A DNA stretch of 64,000 nt from Nitrospirota bacterium (GTDB taxonomy: Bacteria > JACPQY01), in the NCBI GenBank assembly GCA_016180645.1, contig JACPAV010000006.1, positions 1 through 64,000 on the forward strand, read 5' to 3'. The notes under the pieces are model-generated. The model saw only the letters and a program-made list of their open reading frames with translations, had not been told where the DNA came from and did not search any database. The translations under genes and the position numbers were made by a program. This document shows, in pieces, positions 18,580 to 27,331 of the stretch (its first letter is position 1; each line of letters starts with the position of its first letter).

Positions 18580-19555
18580 CTACGCGGGGAGCTTGGTCGC
18601 GGTGACTGCCGGGACGTTCGGGGCCGGGTCTCTGTGCTTTGCCTTGTAACCCTCCCAATCCCGAGGAGAGAACAACTCGCTCGCCGCCAGACGCCCCGAT
18701 TCGTACGGGCGGTCCCCATGGACGAGCGGGACATCGACCTCGTGTCCTGCCGAATCCCCCCAAAACAGGTCTTCGGCGTGTGCGCGTCGTCCCCCGCTCA
18801 GATCGTCTCGCTCCAGAAGATACAGGGCCGTCTCCAACACGCCGGCGCTTTGGAGACGATTGCACATCATCTCCATCTTCTCGAAGAAGCCTTCCTCACC
18901 GGGGGGCCGTGTAGGAACCGGCCGCGGTTTCCCCCTCGCCGTGGCCGATGTCTCCCCATCAATTGGCGGGGAAAACGACGGTGTACCCGCGTTCAACAGC
19001 CACGGCCAGAAACGGCTGCTTCTCACTGCTCTCCAAGGTTTGCTTGGACCATTCCTGCGTGGTCTGCTCCACGTCGATGGTCGCCGCGCCCTGCTTAATG
19101 CCGAAGGCTTCAGCCACCGAGGGAAATTTCTTCAATGCAATGATGGCCACGGATTCCATGAACTCCAAGCCGCTGCCGTGGAGGTGGAGCAGGAGAGGCT
19201 TGGCCGGATCGGACTGCCCGCTTGCAGGGTAAACGACATCGAAGAACGTCGGTTCCCCCGGGTATTTTGCTTTGCCCGGCATGTCCAGCCAGTCGGCCCC
19301 GCCACGTCGAACACATAGAAACTCAGGCACGACATAGCGATCAACCGGTGCCCGGAAGCCTGCTTGCAGGTAAGGATTGGCCACGTCTCCCGGAGCGGCT
19401 GCATCCTCCGCGGCAAGGTACTGCCTCGAATGGAACTCGGGATCGAAGGAAGGCCCGGACGCCTCGCCCGAGCATGCGGTGAGAATGAGTCCTGCGAAGA
19501 GGAAACGATCAGCTCGCAGGGGGGGCGCCGGCTTGGTGGTGAGGAGCCACACCAC
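18580..19555 (-). pseudogene. Disrupted lipoprotein gene, possibly hydrolase-like
   Basis: Lipobox LTAC, LLLHLHGSG, in-frame TGA at 18959-18961, then a second stop with coding-like sequence continuing in another frame to 18580. Confidence 0.45.
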
Positions 19556-20111
19556 CTACGATAGGTTGGTGCGGCTTCATGGGCAGAGGCGATCGTTTCA
19601 AATTCATCGGCGTGGCTGGCCCCGGCACGAGCATCTGATCCTTCCGGTAAACCAATTTGCGAAGATCATAGTCCGCCAACTCATAGGTCGGAGTCATGGT
19701 GATCGCTCCCGTGGGGCATGCATCGACGCACAGACCGCAGAAGATGCACTTACCCATGTTGATCTCGTACCTCTTCGCATATCGCTCGCCCTTGGAATAG
19801 GTCGCCTCCGGCCTGTTCTCGTCCGCCTCAATGTTAATGCACTTCGTGGGACACGCCGCGGAGCACAAGAAACAACCGACACACAATTCCAATCCGTTGG
19901 CATCGCGGTTGAGTTGGTGGCGCCCCCTATAGTAATCGGGCAAGGGAACCCGTTGCTCGGGGTATTCCACCGTGTAGGCCCCGCTGAACCAAGTCTTGAA
20001 GAAGTGAAACAGCGTGACATGCATGCCTATGAGAATGCCCCACCACGAAGGCCGGGCCTTCGAACGAACGTCCAGCACCTTCACCTTGTACGCCGGGGAG
20101 AAGATACTCAT
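19509..20111 (-). CDS. nuoI: NADH-quinone oxidoreductase subunit I
   Basis: TVEYPEQR, YRGRHQL, CVGCFLCSAACP, CIFCGLCVDACP. Confidence 0.93.
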   Translation of the reverse strand: MSIFSPAYKVKVLDVRSKARPSWWGILIGMHVTLFHFFKTWFSGAYTVEYPEQRVPLPDYYRGRHQLNRDANGLELCVGCFLCSAACPTKCINIEADENRPEATYSKGERYAKRYEINMGKCIFCGLCVDACPTGAITMTPTYELADYDLRKLVYRKDQMLVPGPATPMNLKRSPLPMKPHQPIVGGVAPHHQAGAPPAS

Positions 20112-20113
20112 GG

Positions 20114-21691
20114 TTATTCTCCGCGAATGCCCCAATGATCGTAGGTATAGCGGCTCTCCCACGGTTGGCGGCCCACCGGCTGAACTCCTTGCGAAGAAAG
20201 GTCTGGCGACAGCGTCCGCACGTCGTCCAGTTTCTGAAAGTTCTTCTCGAATCCGAGACCGCGAAGAAGTTGACTCAGGATCCACCATCCGGGCCGGGCT
20301 GCGCCGTGAGGATCAACAACCTTCTGAAAAGTCTGCGTGATGCCATCCCCATTGACCCAGGTGCCGCTGGATTCGAAGAACGTGGCCTGTGGGAGGACGA
20401 CGGATGCCGACTTGTGAGCAGGCCGGTCGAGAATATCCTGCGCGATGACCGCCTCGGCCCTCTCCAGATCTCCCCCAGGAAGACCTGCCAATTCGAATGG
20501 ATCCTCGGGGCCCGCCTGAATCACGTACAGGACTTGGGCAGATCGAGCCTCCGCCAATCCTTCGCCCACTTTCTTTCCAAACAGACTTTCCAGTCCGTGA
20601 CGATTGGGTCCCCGATCCCCGGAAATCCAAAAGGCCTTGTATCGAATTTCCTCTCCCTTCGGCGACACCAAGGCCAACCGTGCTCCCGGGAGGAAACGAT
20701 CGATCAACTCCTTCACAAGAAGTCCCTCTTCCTGGCTAAGAGAAGTGGTGACCACAACTCCGATCGACCGCTTATCCTTCACGGCTTGGGAGAGAAGTCC
20801 GGCGGCCTTGCGGACGTAAGCATCCCACGTGCCGGCGGTCCCATTGGATTTCAGCTCGCGCAGCCGTTTGGGATCGGATTGAAAACGGTACTCGAAACGG
20901 CCCACGTCGCACATCCAATAGGAATTGATTTTGGCATTGAAACGGGGGGTGATGCGGAAAAGGGTGTCCTCTTTCTGCCACACGGTCGTGTTGCACCCCC
21001 GGCTGCACAGGCCGCAGACGGAATCCACGGGGTGCAGATCCCAGACGCGGGATCGAAATCGGAAATCTTTTGTCGTAATCGCTCCCACTGGGCATACATC
21101 CGCCATATTGCCCGAAAGAAGGTTTTCGACGACGCGATCGGGATACGGCGAGACGTACGTGTGCGAGCCGCGATGGGAGAGGGTCAACTCGTCCTCTCCC
21201 GCAACCTCCTTGCATACCCGGATGCAGCGCGTACAGACCACGCATCGATTCCGGTTGAGGATTTCCCTCCCCAGATCCAAATCGCCTTGAACCCGCTTCG
21301 GCTCGTCGTACCGGCTCTTCGCGGGACCATGGCGCATTGTAAATTCCTGAAGCTCGCATTCGCCGCCCTTGTCGCACACCGGGCAATCCAGCGGATGATT
21401 GGTCAGGAGCAGTTCCAGCATTTCGTTCCGGGCCTGCTTGGCGGGATCACTGGAATGCGCCATCACGTTCATCCCCTCGCGGATCGGCGTGGAGCACGCC
21501 GCCTGGAGTTTGGGCATGCCCTCCACGGCCACAAGGCAGAGCCTGCACTGGGCCACGATCGAGAGGCCCGGATGAAAACAATAGTGGGGAATTTCGACTC
21601 CATGCCGGAGCGCCACCGGAAGGATGGTCTCGGTGGGATCGGCCTCGACGTCGCGACCGTCAATCTTGAAGTGAACTTTCTTGTCGCTCAT
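20114..21691 (-). CDS. nuoG: NADH-quinone oxidoreductase subunit G (short form)
   Basis: IPHYCFHPGLS..QCRLCLV, NHPLDCPVCDKGGECELQ, CVVCTRC, CPVGA, CGLCSRGC. Confidence 0.9.
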   Translation of the reverse strand: MSDKKVHFKIDGRDVEADPTETILPVALRHGVEIPHYCFHPGLSIVAQCRLCLVAVEGMPKLQAACSTPIREGMNVMAHSSDPAKQARNEMLELLLTNHPLDCPVCDKGGECELQEFTMRHGPAKSRYDEPKRVQGDLDLGREILNRNRCVVCTRCIRVCKEVAGEDELTLSHRGSHTYVSPYPDRVVENLLSGNMADVCPVGAITTKDFRFRSRVWDLHPVDSVCGLCSRGCNTTVWQKEDTLFRITPRFNAKINSYWMCDVGRFEYRFQSDPKRLRELKSNGTAGTWDAYVRKAAGLLSQAVKDKRSIGVVVTTSLSQEEGLLVKELIDRFLPGARLALVSPKGEEIRYKAFWISGDRGPNRHGLESLFGKKVGEGLAEARSAQVLYVIQAGPEDPFELAGLPGGDLERAEAVIAQDILDRPAHKSASVVLPQATFFESSGTWVNGDGITQTFQKVVDPHGAARPGWWILSQLLRGLGFEKNFQKLDDVRTLSPDLSSQGVQPVGRQPWESRYTYDHWGIRGE

Positions 21692-21854
21692 CTCAAGCTT
21701 AAAAGCTTATCAGGTATTCGGCGGCACTCCAAGCGGCACTCCCTTCGCGTTTCCGACCTACCATGGCTGGAAACGTAGGAGACATAGGCGGCCAGCATCA
21801 CGCCGGTTGCTTCCACCGTTGAGGGTTTTTACGCAATACGCTATACGAAGGGCC

Positions 21855-23465
21855 ATGCTCAGAGCGGAAAACGTCGAGCGGCTCCGGCGGCAACACTTCG
21901 ATCTCATTGTTGTTGGGGGAGGCATCAACGGATGCGCGATTGCACGCGATGCGGTGCTCCGCGGCCTGAAAACGGCGCTCGTGGAGAAGGGAGACTTTGC
22001 ATCGGGGACCTCCAGCCGGACCTCAAAGATGATCCACGGCGGCTTCCGATATATGGAGCAGGGCCATTTCGGTCTCGTTCATGAGGCGGTGAGCGAGCGG
22101 GACCGGTTACGCAGGCGGCTCGCCCCCGGACTCGTGCGCCCGCTGCCATTCCTGTTCCCCATGTACCGCGACAGTCGAGCCAAGCCCTGGATGATGCGCA
22201 TGGGAATGGCCATCTATGACGCGCTGGCCGCTTTTCGGAATGTGGACCGGCACAAGATGCTCCCGACCGGCGAGGCCCTCGAGTGGGCACCGGGCCTCCG
22301 CACCGAGGGATTGCTCGCGAGCGGGCTGTTCTACGATTGTTCGATGGACGATGCCCGGCTGACCCTCACCGTGCTCCGGAGCGCCTCAGAGTTCGGCCTC
22401 GTCGCCGCCAACTACCTCCGGGTGGTTCGCTTCACGGAGGATCGTAGCCGGGTCACAGGAGTCGTCGTGCAGGACGGGCCCGAGGGGCAGGAGTTCTCCG
22501 TGCGCGGACGAATGGTCGTCAATGCCGCCGGACCGTGGGTTGACGACGTGCAACGACTGGTGCATGAACCGGAACACCTCCTTCGAAAAACAAAAGGGAT
22601 CCACTTGATCGTGCCGAAAGAGACGTTTCCGCTTCGATGCGCTGTGGGAATGGCCCACCCTGGGGACAGACGCCTGATGTTCGCGGTCCCGTGGGAGTCG
22701 GCCATTCTCGTGGGCACGACCGACACCGATTACCAGGCGGCAGCGGAAGACGCGTATGCCACCCCGAAGGAGGTCGACTACCTCCTGGAGGCCATTCACC
22801 ACTACTTCCCGGGCGTCCTCTTTGGCAAGGACGGCGTCATGACCACCTACTCCGGGGTGCGGCCGCTGGCCGCTTCGGAGGATCCGCGGCTCAAGCCCTC
22901 GCAGGTATCGCGTGAGGAGGTGATTCGGGTCGGCTCGAACGGCGTCCTTTCCGTGGCCGGTGGGAAATTTACGACGCATCGACGCATCTCCGAAAAGGTA
23001 CTCGATATGATTTGCAGGCGGACCGACCTCATGCCCCCTGTGTGGGCGAGGAAACGATCCCGTACGACCGATGTTCCCCTCTTCCCTCCGGATGAACTTC
23101 TCCGCGCGTCGACCACAGAGCGGCTCGACCACCTCCTCCACCGGTACGGAACACGGGCAGGCACCATCATCCGAACCATTCTGGAAAACCCCGATTCAGG
23201 ACGCCCCCTGGTCTCCGGGCTGCCTTACACCTGGGCCGAGATCGACCATGCGATCCGCGAGGAGATGGCCGAGACGCTGATCGACGTTCTCTACCGACGG
23301 CTACCGCTCGCTCTCGTCAATCCCGCTGCCAGCGGGGCCTTGGCGCCGGCCGTGGCCGCGCGAATGGCCGAACTGAAGGGCTGGACGAAAGGCGAGATCC
23401 AGAAGCAGGTTGGGGACTTCACTCAGGAAATCGACCGAAACCGGGCCTGCCTCCGGGAATCATGA
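21855..23465 (+). CDS. glpD: FAD-dependent glycerol-3-phosphate dehydrogenase
   Basis: VVGGGINGCAIARDA, GDFASGTSSRTSKMIHGGFRY, DDARL, GTTDTD, GGKFTTHR. Confidence 0.92.
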   Translation: MLRAENVERLRRQHFDLIVVGGGINGCAIARDAVLRGLKTALVEKGDFASGTSSRTSKMIHGGFRYMEQGHFGLVHEAVSERDRLRRRLAPGLVRPLPFLFPMYRDSRAKPWMMRMGMAIYDALAAFRNVDRHKMLPTGEALEWAPGLRTEGLLASGLFYDCSMDDARLTLTVLRSASEFGLVAANYLRVVRFTEDRSRVTGVVVQDGPEGQEFSVRGRMVVNAAGPWVDDVQRLVHEPEHLLRKTKGIHLIVPKETFPLRCAVGMAHPGDRRLMFAVPWESAILVGTTDTDYQAAAEDAYATPKEVDYLLEAIHHYFPGVLFGKDGVMTTYSGVRPLAASEDPRLKPSQVSREEVIRVGSNGVLSVAGGKFTTHRRISEKVLDMICRRTDLMPPVWARKRSRTTDVPLFPPDELLRASTTERLDHLLHRYGTRAGTIIRTILENPDSGRPLVSGLPYTWAEIDHAIREEMAETLIDVLYRRLPLALVNPAASGALAPAVAARMAELKGWTKGEIQKQVGDFTQEIDRNRACLRES

Positions 23466-23890
23466 CCAAACGGATTCTTCGAATTCCGCAGTCAATCATT
23501 TGCGAGATGTGGAAGCACGGCCTCGAAGAGTACCCGAACGAGTGCTGTGGCCTGCTCGCGGGACGGGGAAACGAAGTGGAGCGATTCTATCGCGTAGAGA
23601 ACAAATTGAAGAGCCCCACGCGTTTCCTGATGGAACCTCGGGACCAACTAAGGGCGTTCAAGGAGATGGACAAGGCCGGGATCGAACTGCAGGTCATCTA
23701 TCACAGCCACACACGCTCTCCGGCGTACCCATCGGGGACGGATCTGGAGTTGGCCGTCTTCCCGGAAGTGAACTATCTGCTGATGTCTTTCCAGTGGGTT
23801 CTTCCGCAGCAGAGGGATCCCTTCCCTGATACTCAAGTCTACTGGATCACAAACGGGAGCATCACCCCGGCCCGGGCCGATATCGTCTGA
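23462..23890 (+). CDS. JAB/Mov34 (M67 family) metallopeptidase, Mec-like
   Basis: EYPNECCGLL...YHSHTRSPAYPSGTD (JAMM motif). Confidence 0.9.
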   Translation: MTKRILRIPQSIICEMWKHGLEEYPNECCGLLAGRGNEVERFYRVENKLKSPTRFLMEPRDQLRAFKEMDKAGIELQVIYHSHTRSPAYPSGTDLELAVFPEVNYLLMSFQWVLPQQRDPFPDTQVYWITNGSITPARADIV

Positions 23891-23918
23891 CCGGGGAAGG
23901 AGCGCGGGGGACGAACGA

Positions 23919-24317
23919 TCAACGCGCGCGCCGACGGGATCGGCGTGCCGCGGAACGACCGCGTGGTGCGGCCGGTGTGGACTTGGAGTCACCCTTCGAG
24001 GAGCTGGAGACTTGTTTCGCCAAACCCGTCACTTTCTTGAAAATCCCCTGCAATTCCGACGAAGTGGGCACCTTGAGTTGGCGGGTGGCCCGGCTGACGC
24101 TTTCTTGAATCTTTTTCTCGAGGACCTTCCGGTTCTTCTCTACTCGTGAGCTCACCTGCGATATGATCTTGCGGGCGTCGGTTCTGGAAAGAGAGCCCCG
24201 CCGCACGAACTGCTCGACCGTCTTTCGAACCTCCTCGGCCGAGAGAGAGAGAGCCCCCAAGGTCACAAACCAAAGTTCTTTCAAGGCCTGAGGAACCTTC
24301 TGCTTCGTTTCCGGCAT
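23919..24317 (-). CDS. Phasin-family (PHA granule-associated, PhaF-like) protein
   Basis: LWFVTLGAL...FVRRG...LKVPTSSELQGI, basic C-terminal tail. Confidence 0.75.
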   Translation of the reverse strand: MPETKQKVPQALKELWFVTLGALSLSAEEVRKTVEQFVRRGSLSRTDARKIISQVSSRVEKNRKVLEKKIQESVSRATRQLKVPTSSELQGIFKKVTGLAKQVSSSSKGDSKSTPAAPRGRSAARRSRRRAR

Positions 24318-24340
24318 GACTCCCTCCGTCTCTGCTTTTC

Positions 24341-24565
24341 CTACCGCCCGAATGCTTCGAGAACCTGCTTCGGCCAGCCGCTCGCTCGCTGCGTCAGGCG
24401 AGCATGCTCTTTCTCGCCGCGCTCGATGAGCGTCTTGCGGATCTGGTCCCTACCTTCCCAGAGGGTAACATACGTCCCCAGTGCTGCCAAGTAAAACCGG
24501 TAGGCCGGCGTCTCTTCAACCGTGCCGTGAAGTACCGATGACTTGCGGATGGATTGTGTGGCCAT
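24341..24565 (-). CDS. Small phasin-like protein
   Basis: FYLAALGTY...LIERGEK. GGAGGA Shine-Dalgarno before ATG 24565. Confidence 0.6.
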   Translation of the reverse strand: MATQSIRKSSVLHGTVEETPAYRFYLAALGTYVTLWEGRDQIRKTLIERGEKEHARLTQRASGWPKQVLEAFGR

Positions 24566-24629
24566 GATTCCTCCCTGGTCTATTATTCTGAGATTCGATG
24601 CCCGGCCCGGGAAGGCGCCGGAATCATCC

Positions 24630-25019
24630 CTATCGTACAAGCCCCTGGATCCGCGTTCGAAGCTTCTCGACGCGGTCGCGGACTTCAAGGTTCTTCAGCG
24701 TCTCGGGGAGATTGAGATCCTCCCAGGTCTTCCGGGCACGTTGCGAGGTGCTCTCCAAGCGGATCCGGACCCACTCTGGAACTTTCAAGTCCAACCCTTC
24801 GACGCGCTCTCGCACTTTCGCGACCTCTCTCCGAATGCGCGGCTCAGCCTTCCTCCCCTTGTCGACCAACCCGGAGAAAATTTCCGTCCCGCGATCCCGA
24901 AGGGTGAGATAGGCCCCGACGGGCGCGAACAGGAAATCAGCTCCCGACTGCCGGGTGTGCGAAACCGAATGAGTCTGTTTCTCCGCATGTGCTTTCGCTG
25001 GATGCGTCTTGGCTGCCAT
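24630..25019 (-). CDS. Phasin-like protein
   Basis: FAPVGAY...IFSGLVDKGRKAE...LNLPET. GGAGGA before ATG 25019. Confidence 0.6.
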   Translation of the reverse strand: MAAKTHPAKAHAEKQTHSVSHTRQSGADFLFAPVGAYLTLRDRGTEIFSGLVDKGRKAEPRIRREVAKVRERVEGLDLKVPEWVRIRLESTSQRARKTWEDLNLPETLKNLEVRDRVEKLRTRIQGLVR

Positions 25020-25076
25020 GTTCTGTCCTCCCCGATTCAATTCAAGCGACTCGAACCTTCCATATCTTTCTCTTTT

Positions 25077-25140
25077 TGACGCGTTTAACACGGTGCGTCA
25101 TTTTTGTCAAGGGTTTTGACGCGGCGCGTTAGTGGCGTCA
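25077..25140. promoter_or_regulatory. Inverted pair of 24-bp operator-like boxes flanking a minus-strand TTGACA
   Basis: TGACGC-N3-TAACRC-N3-GCGTCA at 25077-25100 (+) and 25117-25140 (-); TGTCAA at 25105-25110. Confidence 0.65.
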
Positions 25141-25192
25141 CGCTCCGTTCCGGCACCGCCGCGTGTCGCCCTTTCGGCCGCGGGAAGGTAGA

Positions 25193-25930
25193 ATGAAACG
25201 ACGGAACATGGCATTGACCCTTCGACGCTCTTTCGTTGTTTCTCTCGGATTGCACGGCGCGTTTGCGATGGTCGTGGCTGTGGCCAGCTGGGCGGGGGCA
25301 TGGTTCCATCCGGAGGTGCGGGTTTATCGAGTCTCGCTGGTATCGGGATCCGTGCCTCGCGCGGCGGCGCCGGCGCCTTCACCGCCCTCGACTCCGGCTA
25401 ACGCTTCTGCCCCATCCTCGGTGAAGCCGAAGAAGGCTGACGCATCTCTGGCCGCGCCGCCGGGACCCAAGTATGTTGTGAAGAAGAAAAAGAATGTCAT
25501 CGCGGAGAAGAAGACCGACGGAGCAGCCCCACTTGAAGGGCACCTGCAGGAAGCGCTGGAGCGAATCCGGTCCGGCCTCCATGAAGACCCCCACCCTTCC
25601 GGGAAGGGCGGCTCCGTCTACGAATCGACGATTCAACGACTTTCCGACCTTCGGTTTAGCGCCTATTACGGGGTGCTGTGGGACTCGATCAAGCAGAATT
25701 GGTCCGTGCCGGGTCAGCTTCCCGATTGCTCGGAACTGACGGCGGACATCGGGGTGGAGATTGCCCCGGACGGCGCCGTGGCTACCCAGTGGCTGGAACG
25801 GCCTTCCAAGAACATGACCTTCAATTACGCCGCCCTCAAAGCTGTGATGAAATCGAACCCCTTCCCGGCCCCACCCCGCTCTTTCGGTCAGGGCAAACTC
25901 GCCATCGGCTTCCGGTTTATCTGCTCGTAG
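25193..25930 (+). CDS. TonB/TolA family protein
   Basis: N-terminal TM helix with SLGLH, Pro/Ala/Lys-rich linker, TonB_C-like C-terminus (IKQNW...FNYAALKAV...PFPAPP). Confidence 0.85.
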   Translation: MKRRNMALTLRRSFVVSLGLHGAFAMVVAVASWAGAWFHPEVRVYRVSLVSGSVPRAAAPAPSPPSTPANASAPSSVKPKKADASLAAPPGPKYVVKKKKNVIAEKKTDGAAPLEGHLQEALERIRSGLHEDPHPSGKGGSVYESTIQRLSDLRFSAYYGVLWDSIKQNWSVPGQLPDCSELTADIGVEIAPDGAVATQWLERPSKNMTFNYAALKAVMKSNPFPAPPRSFGQGKLAIGFRFICS

Positions 25931-25960
25931 AACTGCCTTTCCCACAGACCGGCGTCGCTC

Positions 25961-25989
25961 TTGACCGCACGGTATTCCTTAGGTATAAC
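25961..25989 (+). promoter_or_regulatory. Sigma70 promoter of the mazEF-like operon
   Basis: TTGACC-17 bp-TATAAC, ATG 6 nt downstream; GGTAT repeated at 11-bp spacing (25971, 25982, 25993). Confidence 0.7.
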
Positions 25990-25995
25990 CATGGT

Positions 25996-26232
25996 ATGAA
26001 AACTGCTGTTTCCCTGCCTGATGAACTTTTCGTTTCTGCGGAAGCCCTTGCCAAACGTCTGGGCCTCTCCCGAAGCCGCTTGATCGCCACGGCACTCGCT
26101 GATTTCATCGCGAAACACCGCGGAAGCCGCATCACGCACCAACTGGACAAAATTTACTCGCATGTGGACAGCCGTTTGGACGCTTCTTTGCGGGATCTCC
26201 AGGCTCGTTCCCTGCGGCGAGACGAGTGGTAG
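25996..26232 (+). CDS. Ribbon-helix-helix antitoxin (MazE/ChpI-like)
   Basis: MKTAVSLPDELF..AEALAKRLGLSRSRL, directly upstream of the toxin. Confidence 0.88.
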   Translation: MKTAVSLPDELFVSAEALAKRLGLSRSRLIATALADFIAKHRGSRITHQLDKIYSHVDSRLDASLRDLQARSLRRDEW

Positions 26233-26570
26233 TCGAACGTGGCGAAATCTGGTGGGCTGACCTTCCCAGTCCGGTCGGTTCCGGCCCGGGCTATCCACGC
26301 CCCGTGATTATCGTTCAGAGCGACGCCTTCAACCGAAGCCGAATTCAGACCGTCCTCGCAATGGCACTGACCTCGAACCTGGCGCTGGTGGATGCGCCCG
26401 GAAATGTGCTCATTCCCGCCGGAGCATCCGGTCTTCCAAGAGATTCCATCGCAAACGTCTCGCAGGTGCTTACCATCGACCGAGAATTGCTTGCCGAACG
26501 CGCTGGGCGCCTCCGGGGGAGTCTCCTTGATTCCGTTGACACCGGTCTTCGCCTCGTGCTTGACCTGTAG
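26226..26570 (+). CDS. mazF: PemK/MazF family endoribonuclease toxin
   Basis: RGEIWWADL...GSGPGYPRPVIIVQSDAFN...TSN...SIANVSQVLTIDR. Confidence 0.93.
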   Translation: MVVERGEIWWADLPSPVGSGPGYPRPVIIVQSDAFNRSRIQTVLAMALTSNLALVDAPGNVLIPAGASGLPRDSIANVSQVLTIDRELLAERAGRLRGSLLDSVDTGLRLVLDL

Positions 26571-26719
26571 CCGCCCGTACCGGTCAACGCCGCGGTTTAC
26601 AACCGAGCCATCATAACCCCGAACCCTTCCGGCGCCACTTCGGGGAGTCAACAAGTGAACTAATCATGCCTACGTCGAAAATACAAGGACGTATTGATAT
26701 CACCCATCTTATCTTACAT

Positions 26720-26745
26720 GCAGCCGAGCCTTAAGGCTCGGCTAC
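26720..26745. repeat. REP-like palindrome ending in CTAC
   Basis: GCAGCCGAGCC-ttaa-GGCTCGGCTAC. Confidence 0.6.
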
Positions 26746-26906
26746 GGGAGAGGCATTTTCATCGTTTGTGGGTGGCCGTTCGGCCATGATGACTGACCCC
26801 ATCGTCCCAAGCTTTGCTTGTTTGCATTTTGTCATCAAGTATCCCAAGCATCAGAGATGACGACGGGTTCAGGTAGAGCGAGTGCGGCCTTTGCCTCCGG
26901 ACTGCA

Positions 26907-27158
26907 TCAGTCCACTTCGGTGATTTCGGGGTCGCGCATGTCCCGGCCGACGATGACCTTGGTCTTGCCGTTCCGGTTGCGGATAATGATATCCCACTTC
27001 TGCATGGTCCCCGCTCCGACCAGCATGTCCTGTCCAAGATCAGGCGAGACGAGAGCGTCGTCTTGGATCATCTTTTCTCCTATGGTCATGACAAGCGTCA
27101 CCCCTGCCGTCCGGTCGTCCAGCGTGGCAATCGTAATATTGAGGATCGGCTTGCTCAT
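26907..27158 (-). pseudogene. Possible C-terminal remnant of a retropepsin-like aspartyl protease
   Basis: DMLVGAGTMQKWDI resembles the clan AA hh-G-xx-h motif; no intact D-T/S-G upstream. Confidence 0.35.
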
Positions 27159-27280
27159 GACAGAATGACCCCAGTTCCCACAGTGCGATCCGTATCCATA
27201 AGTAGACGGTAGCGCCAGGTGAAGAGGGTGTCAATCAGCGGAGGAGATGGGAAGAAGCGCGAGCAATAAACAAGACCGCT

Positions 27281-27302
27281 TTCCCGCCTTTGCGGGAATG
27301 AC
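27281..27302. repeat. GTCATTCC-type palindromic repeat
   Basis: TTCCCGC-cttt-GCGGGAATGAC; related sequence at 31681-31796. Confidence 0.65.
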
Positions 27303-27331
27303 TCCGCGGCTATCGCGGGAGCCGAGGGACC

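Noticed and set aside
20135-21778. 547-aa plus-strand ORF (likewise 6759-8240, 44905-46350, 49505-51043, 57906-59123)
   Set aside because: Antisense shadows of recognisable genes, typical of GC-rich DNA; no motifs
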